Part shown: in pieces, positions 8,432-17,829 of the stretch
Layout: each line of letters begins with the position of its first letter
Position numbering within the stretch: position 1 is the first letter of the stretch
Assembly (NCBI GenBank): GCA_963819095.1
Contig: CAWFUO010000009.1
Span: 16,699 to 80,698, forward strand
Source: Candidatus Dormiibacterota bacterium
Lineage (GTDB): Bacteria > Chloroflexota > Dormibacteria > Aeolococcales > Aeolococcaceae
DNA length: 64,000 bases
Reading direction: 5' to 3'
Program-made: the position numbers and the translations under genes
Notes under the pieces: model-generated
The model's input: the letters and a program-made list of their open reading frames with translations, nothing else
Databases searched by the model: none
Told to the model about the DNA's origin: nothing

Positions 8432-8659
8432 GTGAGCCGTCCGCTTCAGATTCGCGCAGTCCCCGACGATGTCCTCGACGCCTTGAAAGCCAAGGCGGAA
8501 AAGCAGCACCTCTCTTTGGCCGCATATGCCTTGCGCGTGCTGGAGCAAGACGCGGTAACGCCCACCGTCGCCGAGGTCCTCGCACACAGCCCGCGTCGGA
8601 CGGCGATTGATCGGGATCAAATCCTCGCCGCGATCCGCGTGGATCGTGAAGCTCATTGA
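8432..8659 (+). CDS. vapB: VapB-type (FitA/Arc-like RHH) antitoxin
   Basis: 75 aa. The N-terminus LQIRAVPDDVLDALKAKAEKQHLSLAAYALRVL is an RHH-type antitoxin pattern. 4-nt overlap with the PIN toxin. Confidence 0.7.
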   Translation: MSRPLQIRAVPDDVLDALKAKAEKQHLSLAAYALRVLEQDAVTPTVAEVLAHSPRRTAIDRDQILAAIRVDREAH

Positions 8660-9039
8660 TCGTCGTCGACGCCTCAGTCGTGGTCGGAGCCCTGCTCGGC
8701 AGCGAAGCGGCGTGGGTCACCCGGCTCTCTCGCGAGCCGGTGCTGCATGCGCCTGAATTGCTTCCCCTCGAGTGCAGTTCGGTGTTTCGCCGCCTGGCTC
8801 TCGCCGGCCAGATGAGCGAACGCGTTGCCCGGTCCGCGCTGGGCAGACTGTCCGCGCTGCCCCTCTCCTTGCACCCTCACCTGGACTTGCTCCCCCGGAT
8901 CTGGGAGTTGCGAGCCAACATGTCCGTATACGACGGCGCGTACGTCGCAGTCGCGGAGGCGTTGGGAATGCCGTTGGTCACGTCCGACGCGCGCCTGGCC
9001 CGGACACCCGGTCTCCGCTGTCTCATCGAGGTCCTGTAG
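8656..9039 (+). CDS. vapC: VapC PIN-domain ribonuclease toxin
   Basis: MIVVDASVVVGALL start, 127 aa, with acidic residues spaced as in PIN domains (D5, E41, D93-like, D111-like). Confidence 0.85.
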   Translation: MIVVDASVVVGALLGSEAAWVTRLSREPVLHAPELLPLECSSVFRRLALAGQMSERVARSALGRLSALPLSLHPHLDLLPRIWELRANMSVYDGAYVAVAEALGMPLVTSDARLARTPGLRCLIEVL

Positions 9040-9051
9040 GGATCTGTCCCG

Positions 9052-9071
9052 CCGGGTCGTTTGAGACCCGG
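9052..9071. terminator. GC-rich hairpin between convergent vapC and LLM genes
   Basis: CCGGGTC-gtttga-GACCCGG (7-bp stem, 6-nt loop) in the 35-bp convergent spacer. No U-tract. Confidence 0.3.
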
Positions 9072-9074
9072 GGA

Positions 9075-9950
9075 TCAGTTCGGTCCGATCTGGGCGAGGC
9101 GCGGGGCGATCTCGCCCAGCTTCCGGGCCATCGCCACCGGGTCGGGCGACTGGTTCCGGACGCCGACCATCGCGATCCCGAGCTTGGCGTACTCCTCCAT
9201 CTCGCGCAGGAAACCGTCCGGGTCCTTGATGGGGTCGGCCGCGCCCTGGATGGTCTTCTTGATCGTGTCCATGTCGCGGCCCTCGTCCTCGCAGTGCTTG
9301 GCGAGGATGTCGAGCTTGCGCTGCACCTCCTGCGGTCCGAGCGCGAAGAGGTTGCACGCGTCGGCATATCGAGCCACGAGCTTCAAGGTCTTGCGCTCGC
9401 CGCCGCCGCCGATGAGGATCGGCGGACGCGGCTGCTGCACCGGCTGGGGATGACACAGGGTTTCCGCCAGGTGATAGTGCTTGCCGTCGTAGGGACCGTC
9501 GTTGTCGCTCCACATCTGGTTGCAGATCTGGATCGTCTCCTCGAGGCGTTCGAAGCGCTCGGCGATGGGTGGGAACGGCACACCAAGGGCCAGATGCTCC
9601 CGCTCATACCAGGCTGCCCCGATCCCGAGCATGGCGCGCCCGCCGGAGACGACGTCGAGCGTGGTCACGATCTTTGCGAGCAGTCCCGGGTGCCGGTAGG
9701 TGACCCCGGTGACCATCAGCGAGAGGGTGATGCGCTCGGTCTTCCCGGCGACGAAGCCGAGCGAGGTGTACCCCTCCATCATCGGATCCTGGGCGGTTGC
9801 AAACCCCTCCATCTGGAACCAGTGATCCATCATCGTGAGGGTCGAGCAGCCGCTTTCCTCGGCCGCCTGGGCGGTTGCCGCCAGCGTCGGTCCGAGGGCC
9901 TTGCTGCCACCCGGAAGCGTGAAATTCATGAAGTGCAGGGCGAGTTCCAT
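9075..9950 (-). CDS. LLM-class F420-dependent oxidoreductase (luciferase-like)
   Basis: MELALHFMNFTLPGG...DHWFQMEG...GIGAAWYEREH...PPILIGGGGERKTLKLVARYAD is a characteristic LLM/F420 family pattern. Start set to ATG 9950. Confidence 0.85.
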   Translation of the reverse strand: MELALHFMNFTLPGGSKALGPTLAATAQAAEESGCSTLTMMDHWFQMEGFATAQDPMMEGYTSLGFVAGKTERITLSLMVTGVTYRHPGLLAKIVTTLDVVSGGRAMLGIGAAWYEREHLALGVPFPPIAERFERLEETIQICNQMWSDNDGPYDGKHYHLAETLCHPQPVQQPRPPILIGGGGERKTLKLVARYADACNLFALGPQEVQRKLDILAKHCEDEGRDMDTIKKTIQGAADPIKDPDGFLREMEEYAKLGIAMVGVRNQSPDPVAMARKLGEIAPRLAQIGPN

Positions 9951-10105
9951 CGGTGCCTCCTGGCTTGGGCTGCGACGAACGGCGCGGCGGATCTGGTCTC
10001 CCGGATGCAAGGCTAGTGGACGGAGCCGGATCGCCGTTCTGCGCATTGCGGCTGGCGTCCCTTAGGCTACCCAGCAGCCATGCGGGCGCTGAACGAGGAT
10101 CGACT

Positions 10106-11122
10106 GTGAACTATTTCGAGGGCCGGACCATCCTGCTGACCGGAGGCACGGGCTCATTCGGCCAGCATTTCACGCGCACCGCGCTCGCGAAGTGGGATCC
10201 CGCGGCCATCCGCATCTTCAGCCGCGACGAGCTCAAGCAGACCGAGATGGAGCGCAAGTTCGACGACCCACGGCTCCGCTTCTTCATCGGCGATGTCCGT
10301 GATCGCGACCGCGTGCGACGTGCCATCGAGGGCGCCGATGTCGTCATCCACGCTGCCGCGCTGAAGCACGTCCCCGTCTGTGAATACAACCCGTTCGAGG
10401 CGATCAAGACCAACGTCCTGGGCACCCAGAACGTCGCCGAAGCCTGCCTCGACGCCGGCGTGCCTCGCGCCATGGCACTGAGCACCGACAAGGCGGTGAG
10501 CCCCGCGAATCTCTACGGCGCCACGAAGCTCTGCGCCGAGAAGCTCTTCGTCCAGGCCAACGTCTACGCCGGCAAGCACGCGACGCGTCTCTGCTGCGTT
10601 CGCTACGGCAACGTGGTCGGGTCCCGCGGCAGCGTGGTGCCGCTGTTCCGCGACCAGGCAAGCTCGGGTGCCGGCGAGCTCACGGTGACCGACGAGCGCA
10701 TGACCCGCTTCTGGATCACGCTCGACCAGGCCGTCCAATTCGTTGCCGACTGCTTCGTCGCCATGTCCGGCGGTGAGGTGTTCGTGCCCAAGATCCCGAG
10801 CACGAAGGTCCTTGACCTCGCCGAGGCGATCGCGCCGGGAATTCCGATCCGGTACACGGGGATCAGACCCGGCGAAAAGCTGCACGAGTCCTTGATCACC
10901 GCCGAGGAAGCGCGCCACACGGTCGATAAAGGGTGGTGCTACGTCGTGGAGCCGGAACACTCGTTCTGGAGCCCGGTCGATGCAGCCGACAGCACGCCCG
11001 TTGCGGAGGACTTCGTCTACAGCAGCGACCGCAACACGCAGTGGCTCGACATCCCAGAGCTCCGCGCGCTGCTCGCGACGGTGCCGCACGCGACCACGGC
11101 GGTGCCGGCGCCAGTCGGATGA
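10106..11122 (+). CDS. pseB: UDP-N-acetylglucosamine 4,6-dehydratase (inverting), PseB/FlaA1-like
   Basis: Nearly colinear with the PseB pattern: ILLTGGTGSFG, SRDELKQ, FFIGDVRD, HAAALKHVP, STDKA..P.NLYGATK, RYGNVVGSRGSVVP, MTRFWIT, GIRPGEKLHE. GTG 10106 is preceded by GAGGA at -6. Confidence 0.85.
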   Translation: MNYFEGRTILLTGGTGSFGQHFTRTALAKWDPAAIRIFSRDELKQTEMERKFDDPRLRFFIGDVRDRDRVRRAIEGADVVIHAAALKHVPVCEYNPFEAIKTNVLGTQNVAEACLDAGVPRAMALSTDKAVSPANLYGATKLCAEKLFVQANVYAGKHATRLCCVRYGNVVGSRGSVVPLFRDQASSGAGELTVTDERMTRFWITLDQAVQFVADCFVAMSGGEVFVPKIPSTKVLDLAEAIAPGIPIRYTGIRPGEKLHESLITAEEARHTVDKGWCYVVEPEHSFWSPVDAADSTPVAEDFVYSSDRNTQWLDIPELRALLATVPHATTAVPAPVG

Positions 11123-12321
11123 GTGTCACGAGCCCGCCGGCCATCGCCGGCGGCGTGCCGATTCGAGTCCAGCCCCTCCCTTACGGCCGCCACCAGATCG
11201 ATGAAGCCGACATCGCGACTGTCGTCAACGCGATGCGCTCGGGAACGCTCACCGGTGGCGCCGCGATCGCCGATTTCGAGCATGCCCTGGCGGCGCGCTG
11301 CAAGGTGGACCACGCCATCGCGGTCGCCAACGGCAGCGTGGCGCTCGACCTCGCAGTGCTCGCACTCGGTATCGGACCCGGCGATGAGGTCATCACGACG
11401 CCGTTGACGTTCGTTGCCACCGCGAACGCCGTGCTTCGGATCGGGGCAACGCCGGTGTTCGCGGATGTCGGCGATGACCGCTGCCTCGATCCCGTATCGG
11501 TCGCACGCGCGGTGACGCCCCGCACCAAGGCGGTCATCGCCGTCGACTACTCGGGACTCCCGTCGGACATCCCGGCGTTGAAAGCCGCCCTGCCCCGGCC
11601 ACTTCCGGTGATCGCCGACAGCGCGCACTCGCTGGGCGGATCGCTCAACGGCCGTCCGGTCGGATCGCTCGCGGATATCACGACGCTCAGCTTCCACCCG
11701 GTGAAGCAGATCACCACCGGCGAAGGGGGTGCGTGCCTCACGCCGGACGCCGGCCTCGCCGACCGCATTCGCAAGCTGCGCAACCATGGGATGACGAGCA
11801 CCGCTGACGAGCGCACCGGCGCGCTTTGGAAGTACGACGTCACCATGCTGGGCGACAACCACCGCCTGACTGCGATGCAGGCTGCGCTCGGACTCTCCCA
11901 GCTCCGCCGGCTCGACAACGTCGTCGCCGAGCGCAGCGAGATCGCCGACCGCTACGACGCTGTCCTCGCGGGCATACCGGGCGTCGGCCTCCCACCCCGG
12001 CCGCTCGGACGTCGCAGCGCATGGCACCTGTATCCGATCGAGGTCGACCCCGATGCCTTCGGCTGTTCGCGTGACTCGCTCATCGATGCGTTGCGCGCGG
12101 AGGGAATCGAGGCGACGCTGCATTACCCGGCAGTGCATCTCCTCGCCCTCTACCGCGAACGCGGCTGCGTACCGGGCATCGCGCCGCGCGCCGAGGAGCT
12201 CTCCGATCGGCTGGTGACGCTGCCGCTCTATCCGACGATGACGGTCACCGACCAGGACGATGTCGTGCTCGCCTTGCAGCGGATCCACGCATGGGCAGCA
12301 GCGGGCGCGGTCATCTCGTGA
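11119..12321 (+). CDS. pseC: UDP-4-amino-4,6-dideoxy-N-acetyl-beta-L-altrosamine transaminase, PseC-like (DegT family)
   Basis: LPYGRHQIDEADIATVVNAMRSGTLTGG...SFHPVKQITTGEGGA...LRNHGMT. ATGA overlap with pseB. Confidence 0.85.
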   Translation: MSVTSPPAIAGGVPIRVQPLPYGRHQIDEADIATVVNAMRSGTLTGGAAIADFEHALAARCKVDHAIAVANGSVALDLAVLALGIGPGDEVITTPLTFVATANAVLRIGATPVFADVGDDRCLDPVSVARAVTPRTKAVIAVDYSGLPSDIPALKAALPRPLPVIADSAHSLGGSLNGRPVGSLADITTLSFHPVKQITTGEGGACLTPDAGLADRIRKLRNHGMTSTADERTGALWKYDVTMLGDNHRLTAMQAALGLSQLRRLDNVVAERSEIADRYDAVLAGIPGVGLPPRPLGRRSAWHLYPIEVDPDAFGCSRDSLIDALRAEGIEATLHYPAVHLLALYRERGCVPGIAPRAEELSDRLVTLPLYPTMTVTDQDDVVLALQRIHAWAAAGAVIS

Positions 12322-13301
12322 CCCCGCGGGCGTTGCTCGCCGCCGACTGCGGCCGCGGCGTTGGACTCGGGCACCTCGAGCGGATGCTGGCTCTTGCCGA
12401 TCAGCTCCACCGCGACGTCGAGGTTGCGATGCTGATCCCGGACGGTGACGCGGAGCTGCGACGGCGTGTCGGCGAACGCGGGCACACGTCGATCGAACGT
12501 GAGGGCGACACACCTGCGCGCGTCATGACAGCGGTCGACAACTCGCCGCCGTTCGAGGTCGTCGTGATCGACGGATACGTGTTCGACGTCGGGTTGCAAC
12601 GCCGCCTGCGTGATCGCGCGCCGCTGACAGTCGTGGATGACCTCGGCCTCCCGGCCGATTGCGACCTGGCCGTCAATCCCTCACCCGGCGGCGAGTTATT
12701 GCGACCCGCAGGAGCGAGCAGTTTCCTCGGGGGCGCCGCGTACGCGCTCATCCGGGCCTCGGTCGTGCACGCACGCGAGCTGGCGCTGCAGCGCGGACGC
12801 GATGTCCGTTCTGTGCTGGTGTCGACCGGCGCCACCGACGCCGGCGGAATCGGACGCCGGCTGACGTATGCGCTCCTGGATCGCGATGCCACCGTCGAGG
12901 TGACGCGAGTTGTCGGTCCGGAACTGATCGACCAGGCCGGCGACGCCCAGCCGCGAGAACACGTTGTCGTGGCACCGTCGGACCTCGCAGACGGGCTCGC
13001 GGCCGCGACCGTGTACGTCGGCGCTGCGGGAACAACGGCGGTGCAGGCTGCGTGCGCCGGCTGCCCTGCGGTGATCACGGCAACGGCGAGCAATCAGAAC
13101 GCGCAGGCGGCTGCACTCGCCGACGCCGGCTGTGCCGTGGTCGCCGACGCGGCGAATCTCGCGGATGCGTGCCTCGCGCTGCTCGACGACCCGGCGAGAC
13201 GGTCGGAGATGGCCGAGCGTGGCCGCGACCTCGTCGACGGACAAGGCGCAGCGCGAGTCGCCGACGCCGTCCGTCACGTGGTAGCCGCGAGGGCGGCGTG
13301 A
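12318..13301 (+). CDS. pseG: UDP-2,4-diacetamido-2,4,6-trideoxy-beta-L-altropyranose hydrolase, PseG-like
   Basis: N-terminus ADCGRGVGLGHLERMLALADQL and C-terminus AGTTAVQAACAGCPAV...ASNQNAQAAAL match the PseG/SpsG GT28-like pattern. GTGA overlap with pseC (alternative ATG 12291). Confidence 0.7.
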   Translation: MTPRALLAADCGRGVGLGHLERMLALADQLHRDVEVAMLIPDGDAELRRRVGERGHTSIEREGDTPARVMTAVDNSPPFEVVVIDGYVFDVGLQRRLRDRAPLTVVDDLGLPADCDLAVNPSPGGELLRPAGASSFLGGAAYALIRASVVHARELALQRGRDVRSVLVSTGATDAGGIGRRLTYALLDRDATVEVTRVVGPELIDQAGDAQPREHVVVAPSDLADGLAAATVYVGAAGTTAVQAACAGCPAVITATASNQNAQAAALADAGCAVVADAANLADACLALLDDPARRSEMAERGRDLVDGQGAARVADAVRHVVAARAA

Positions 13302-14068
13302 TGACCACTGTCGCAGTGATCCAGGCGCGCTGTGGATCGACTCGGTTCCCTCGCAAGGTGCTCGCACCGCTCCAGGGACGGCCGATGCTGACCCACATCA
13401 TCGAGCGGGTCTCCCGAGCGACGCTCGTCGATCGGGTGGTGGTTGCGACGACTGTGGGCGCCATCGATGATCCCGTGGCCGCCCTTGCGCGGGCGTCGGG
13501 CGCAGGGCTAACTCGCGGACCCGAGGACGATGTGCTGACTCGCTACGTACAGGCGGCGCACGAGCACGGCGCGGACATCATCGTGCGTATCACCGCCGAC
13601 TGCCCGCTGACCGACCCGGACGTCGTCGATGCTGTCATCCGCGCGCGCGACGAGCACCGGGCCGACTACGCGAGCAACGTCGAGCCGCCGACCTATCCGG
13701 AGGGCTACGACTGCGAGGCCTTCACGCTCGAGTGCCTGCACCGTCTCGACGAGATGGCAACCGCGGCCTACCTGCGTGAACATGTGACGGCGCTCACTCG
13801 CGAGAGACCCGACCTCTTTCGGGTCGCTCGGCTCACCTCCGATCGCGATCTCTCGTGGATCCGTCTGACCGTCGATGTCCCCGAGGACCTCGTGCGCGTC
13901 GAGGCGCTCCTCTCGATGCTCCCGTCCGCGCCGCCGCCGAATCTGGCCGCTGTGGTGGCGGCCTTCGAGTCTAGTCCCTCCTTCCATGACCAGAGCCGAC
14001 TCCCGCTGCGAAACGAGCGATATCACGCTCAGCGCGCGGCGGCCGCGCACAAGCGCGACGCGGAATGA
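13301..14068 (+). CDS. pseF: SpsF/PseF-like cytidylyltransferase (putative CMP-nonulosonate synthetase)
   Basis: MTTVAVIQARCGSTRFPRKVLAPLQGRPML...DDVLTRY...RITADCPL is the CTP_transf_3 pattern. TGATG overlap with pseG. It is the only cytidylyltransferase in the locus. Confidence 0.65.
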   Translation: MTTVAVIQARCGSTRFPRKVLAPLQGRPMLTHIIERVSRATLVDRVVVATTVGAIDDPVAALARASGAGLTRGPEDDVLTRYVQAAHEHGADIIVRITADCPLTDPDVVDAVIRARDEHRADYASNVEPPTYPEGYDCEAFTLECLHRLDEMATAAYLREHVTALTRERPDLFRVARLTSDRDLSWIRLTVDVPEDLVRVEALLSMLPSAPPPNLAAVVAAFESSPSFHDQSRLPLRNERYHAQRAAAAHKRDAE

Positions 14069-14081
14069 TGCAGCTCGGAGT

Positions 14082-15635
14082 ATGACGACCGTCGACACAC
14101 CACCCGCGATAGCGCACGGCCGTCGAGTCTTCCGCAACACCCTGATCAGTGGCGTGGTCGGGGTGCTGTCGCTCCTCATCAACTTCTTCGTCGTCGCCTA
14201 TGCCATCCGGAACCTCGGCATGGACGCGTACGGCGTCTTTGTCCTCGCCCTCAGCTTCTCCGTCTCCGCCGGGTACCTGAGCATCTCTGACCTGGGGCTG
14301 CAGGCAGGTGTGAGCAGGTTCATCGCCGATGCCGACGGGCGTGGGGATCGTCACCGGATGAGCGAGATCGTGAGCTCGGCGTTCGCCATTCTTCTCGTGA
14401 CCGGCGTCGCGGCCGCACTCGTCCTCCTGGCACTTGCGGTCGCAGCAGCGCACCTCTTTCACGTGCCGACGGAATCCCTGCGAACGGCGTTGGGACTGCT
14501 CTTCGTGCTCTTCGCCGCCGAGGCGGTGTTCAGCCTTCCCGCGCTCGCCTTCACCGGTTTGCTCCAAGGCCTGCAGCGATACGGAAGGATCAAGACCATC
14601 GACATGTCCCGGCAGCTGCTCTACGCGGGCGCTGTCGTCGTGGTGCTCAGCACCGGACATGGCGTCGTCGGGTTCGGCGTCGTCACGGTCGCCAGCAGCC
14701 TCTTCACCGCGCTCGGGTACGCGGTGATGGCACGGTTCTCGTGTCCGGATCTGCGCATCTCGCCCCACTTGATCAACCGGGTCGGACTGAAGCCGCTCGC
14801 CGGGTTCAGTGTCTGGGCCTTCGTCGCAGCCGTCAGTGGCGTCATCTGGGCCCAGATGGACAAGGTCATCCTCGCGGCGGCCGCCCCGGTCTCCGTGCTC
14901 ACCGGATACGACATCGCGAACCGCCTTCAGAGCGCCGCCTCGTACCCGCTCTCCTTCACGACGCAGGCAGTGGTGCCGGCAGCCGCAAATCTTTCGGCGA
15001 TGAAGTCGACCGTGCGCCTGCGCGCACTGTTGATTCGCGGCACACGCTATACGCTGGCATTGTCGTTCCCTGCCACAATCGCGGCGATGATCCTGGCCCG
15101 CCCGCTGATCGTCGCGTGGGTCGGCAAACAATATGCGGACATGAGCGGGCCAACGCAGCTCTTCCTCGTTTATCAACTGGTGATCAGCTCAGCCACCATT
15201 GCGCACACGATCCCGATCGGCCTCGGTCGCATGCGCACGATCGCGCTCTACTCGACCAGTGCGATGGTGATCAACCTCGTGATCTCGGTAGCCCTCGTCC
15301 GGCCGCTCGGGATCTCCGGAGTCATCATCGGCACGCTTGTCGGGTACGGCATCACAGCCCCGCTCTACATCCGCCTGGCCCTGGTCCTTCTGTCAATGGG
15401 GGTCCGTGAATTCCTCACGGATGCGGTCTTGCCGATGGCGTTCTGGGCTGCCGTCTTTGCAGCGGTTCTGGCCATCACCGCGCAGATCCTCCAGCCGATG
15501 CAGTTGATCACGATCGCCGCGTGCTGTGTCCCGGCGGGTGTGGTCTACGCTGCCGGGGTCGTCCGGTTTGCCATGAACGCCGAGGAGCGTGGATCGCTCC
15601 TGGGATTTCTCCGCCCCGTACGCCGAGTGCCATGA
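14082..15635 (+). CDS. MOP-superfamily oligosaccharide flippase (Wzx-like)
   Basis: About 517 aa with 12-14 hydrophobic helices. N-terminus FRNTLISGVVGVLSLLINFFVVAYAIRNLG is typical of the Polysacc_synt family. Confidence 0.8.
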   Translation: MTTVDTPPAIAHGRRVFRNTLISGVVGVLSLLINFFVVAYAIRNLGMDAYGVFVLALSFSVSAGYLSISDLGLQAGVSRFIADADGRGDRHRMSEIVSSAFAILLVTGVAAALVLLALAVAAAHLFHVPTESLRTALGLLFVLFAAEAVFSLPALAFTGLLQGLQRYGRIKTIDMSRQLLYAGAVVVVLSTGHGVVGFGVVTVASSLFTALGYAVMARFSCPDLRISPHLINRVGLKPLAGFSVWAFVAAVSGVIWAQMDKVILAAAAPVSVLTGYDIANRLQSAASYPLSFTTQAVVPAAANLSAMKSTVRLRALLIRGTRYTLALSFPATIAAMILARPLIVAWVGKQYADMSGPTQLFLVYQLVISSATIAHTIPIGLGRMRTIALYSTSAMVINLVISVALVRPLGISGVIIGTLVGYGITAPLYIRLALVLLSMGVREFLTDAVLPMAFWAAVFAAVLAITAQILQPMQLITIAACCVPAGVVYAAGVVRFAMNAEERGSLLGFLRPVRRVP

Positions 15636-17002
15636 TGGAGCGCCTTCAGGTCCTTGCCCTCGATCACTTCTTCGACCAGGACCTTCGCGCGCTGGAGGCG
15701 CATTCTCGGTTGAATGTTCGCCGCATCGCGTACCAGCGTCTGCGCGGACCGGCCATGCGGGCGCTTGGGAGCGCTGTGGCGATCGGCCTCGACACGTACA
15801 GTCGCCCGGACCTCGAGGCGCGACGCCGTCACTACGCCGAATGGCTGTGTGGCGAGGTCCGCCGAATGTACCTGGAGCAGGCTTTCGACATCATCGTCCT
15901 GCCATCCGACACGCTCTTCTACGTTCGCAGCCTTCCGGACGCCGCGCACGCGCACGGCATTCCAGTGGTTGTCGTCCAGAAAGAGACGACGGTTTCGGTG
16001 GGCACGATGCAGGACCATAGTGCCGATATGCGCGCAGCTGCACCGTTCATCTCCGATTTCATGACGGTGTGCAGCGAGCGCCACATGGAGTTCTGGCTCC
16101 GAGCCGGCGCTGACCGCAGCCTGATTCAGGTGACGGGCCAGCCGCGCTTTGACATGTACGCCAAGCAGCGTTCGCGGCCACCCAGCAGCCGTCCGCGCGT
16201 GCTCTTGCTTTCCTATGCCCTCGATGCCTACGTGCCGACCGCGGCTCGTGGATCACAGCCGTCCGCCTGGAGGCAGCTCCGTGATGACACTGAGGCGGTG
16301 CTCCTTGCCGCTGCACGCTCGGGTGCCTGTGAGGTGATGGTGAAGTGTCACCCGCAACAGGATCGGCGCGTTGAAGCAGCACGACTGGCGCGCAAAGCGG
16401 GATCCGCCTGGCGCCGAGGCTTTTCGGTCGCGGCGACCGATGCTGATACGCGCAGCCTGATCGTCACGTCCGACGCTGTCGTCGGTTTTCAGACGACGGC
16501 ACTGTACGAGGCGGTCGCCGCTCGGAAGCCTGTCGTGTATGCGGCCTGGGGTGAGGAATATGAGCGGTTTCGAGAGCGTCTCATCCCGTTCGAGGAGGCG
16601 CCGGACGGATGTCTGCGTCAGGCCTCATCGGCCGAGCACCTCGCCGAGCTCCTGCACGATGCGCGGCCGGCGCCCGGGCCGGCCTGTGCCGCGTGGTACG
16701 AAGAGGCTCTCGGACACATCGACGGCCATGCCACCGAGCGCGTTGTTGCACGCCTGGAAGCGGTGGCTGCGGCGTGGCCCGCCGGCGCCGCGCGTCGCGA
16801 CCTCGACGTCGGCCGGAAGCGATATGCCGCGAAGCTGCTCGCTCGATCGGTGATGGCCGAAGCCGTCTGGACGGTCGCGGCTCCCGCGGCGGCGATCACC
16901 GGCCAGCAGCGGCGCGTTGCCCGCCGTCGGAACCAGGCGCGCCAGGGTCGCGGTATGGCAACCGCAGCGCTGCGGCCTGGTGCATCCGGTCCAGGCAGAT
17001 AA
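15632..17002 (+). CDS. GT-B-like polymer transferase candidate (TagF/KpsS-like), function unknown
   Basis: Soluble, 456 aa. VTGQPRFD, then VMVKCHPQQD, then DAVVGFQTTALYEAVAARKPVVYAA resemble the Glyphos_transf/Capsule_synth C-terminal half. ATGA overlap with the flippase. Confidence 0.5.
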   Translation: MMERLQVLALDHFFDQDLRALEAHSRLNVRRIAYQRLRGPAMRALGSAVAIGLDTYSRPDLEARRRHYAEWLCGEVRRMYLEQAFDIIVLPSDTLFYVRSLPDAAHAHGIPVVVVQKETTVSVGTMQDHSADMRAAAPFISDFMTVCSERHMEFWLRAGADRSLIQVTGQPRFDMYAKQRSRPPSSRPRVLLLSYALDAYVPTAARGSQPSAWRQLRDDTEAVLLAAARSGACEVMVKCHPQQDRRVEAARLARKAGSAWRRGFSVAATDADTRSLIVTSDAVVGFQTTALYEAVAARKPVVYAAWGEEYERFRERLIPFEEAPDGCLRQASSAEHLAELLHDARPAPGPACAAWYEEALGHIDGHATERVVARLEAVAAAWPAGAARRDLDVGRKRYAAKLLARSVMAEAVWTVAAPAAAITGQQRRVARRRNQARQGRGMATAALRPGASGPGR

Positions 17003-17036
17003 GGACGGATGAGATACAGACAAACGAGGAGACGAA

Positions 17037-17829
17037 ATGGATGCTGCGATTGTGAACTCGCTCGCCGATGACTGGCGCAGCGCGGGGATTCGAGAGCGAG
17101 ACCTCGTGCTTATTCACAGCAGCCTGCGGCGCACCGTGCGTCGATGCGTGCAGGGCGGTGCTCCGGCGGCGGCCGGTGACATCCTGTCGAGCTTTCAAAA
17201 AGCAGTCGGAGACGCGGGCACCTTGCTGTTCCCGCTGTTCAATTTCGAGTTCACCGAAGGTGTCCCCTTCGACATACGCACCACGCCGAGCCAGATGGGC
17301 GTGTTGACCGAGACTGCGCGGCAACTGGATGGCGTGGTCCGCACCGGGCATCCCATCTACTCGTTTGCCGCCATCGGCGCCCTGGCAGGAGAGTTCGCGG
17401 GCGTCGACAACTTCAGCGGGTACGGTGCCAACTCGCCCTTCGCGAAGCTCCGCGCCCTTGGTGGCCGCATCGCGATCCTGGATCTTCCCGACCAGCACAG
17501 CATGACGTTCTATCACCACGTCGAAGAGATGAAAGATGTTCCGTATCGCTACCACAAGACCTTCGCCGGTGCTTACACCGACGCGTCGGGCGCCACGTCG
17601 CAGCGCGAGTACGGCCTCTTCGTTCGAGATCTCGATCACGGTGTGCGGACTGATGTCGACCCGATGGGGGAACTGCTGTGGGAGCAATCGCTCTACAGCG
17701 GAGATCGGCCCGGTGAGGGAACGGGACTCCGAAGTCATCGACGCGGATCCGCTCTTTGCGTCAGTGGAAAGCGTCATCAACAGCGGCAAGGCGGAAGGCC
17801 TTCTGTACAGCATCGAACATGCCGGCTAG
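17037..17829 (+). CDS. AAC(3)-family N-acetyltransferase-like protein (apparent +1 frameshift near 17723)
   Basis: LVLIHSSLRR...LLFPLFNF...TPSQMGVLTE...RTGHPIYSFAAIG...SPFAKL...ILDLPDQHSMTFYHHVEE is the Antibiotic_NAT pattern. The last ~35 codons show good G/C third-position bias only in the +1 frame, which ends at TAG 17829. Confidence 0.7.

Noticed and set aside
11017-12513. Long ORFs antisense to confidently assigned genes. Examples: 11017..12513(-), 10154..11089(-), 13971..15176(-), 8772..10016(+), 22519..23907(-), 35470..36549(+), 45149..46243(+), 50108..51364(+), 52795..54297(-), 57486..58904(+), 62558..63799(-).
   Set aside because: Their translations are Arg/Gly/Asp/His-rich and low-complexity with no recognisable motifs. 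Each lies opposite a gene with strong family signatures. Such shadow ORFs are expected in high-GC DNA, where stop codons are rare.
12659-13300. N-terminal extensions of ORF-track entries (12659.., 10933.., 13875.., 15521.., 9953.., 28801.., 35485..36705, 36453..37880, 62461..63936).
   Set aside because: The extensions are Arg/Pro/Cys-rich and overlap the preceding gene. An internal ATG or GTG placed at a typical ATGA/GTGA coupling junction, or behind an SD, gives the family-typical N-terminus.
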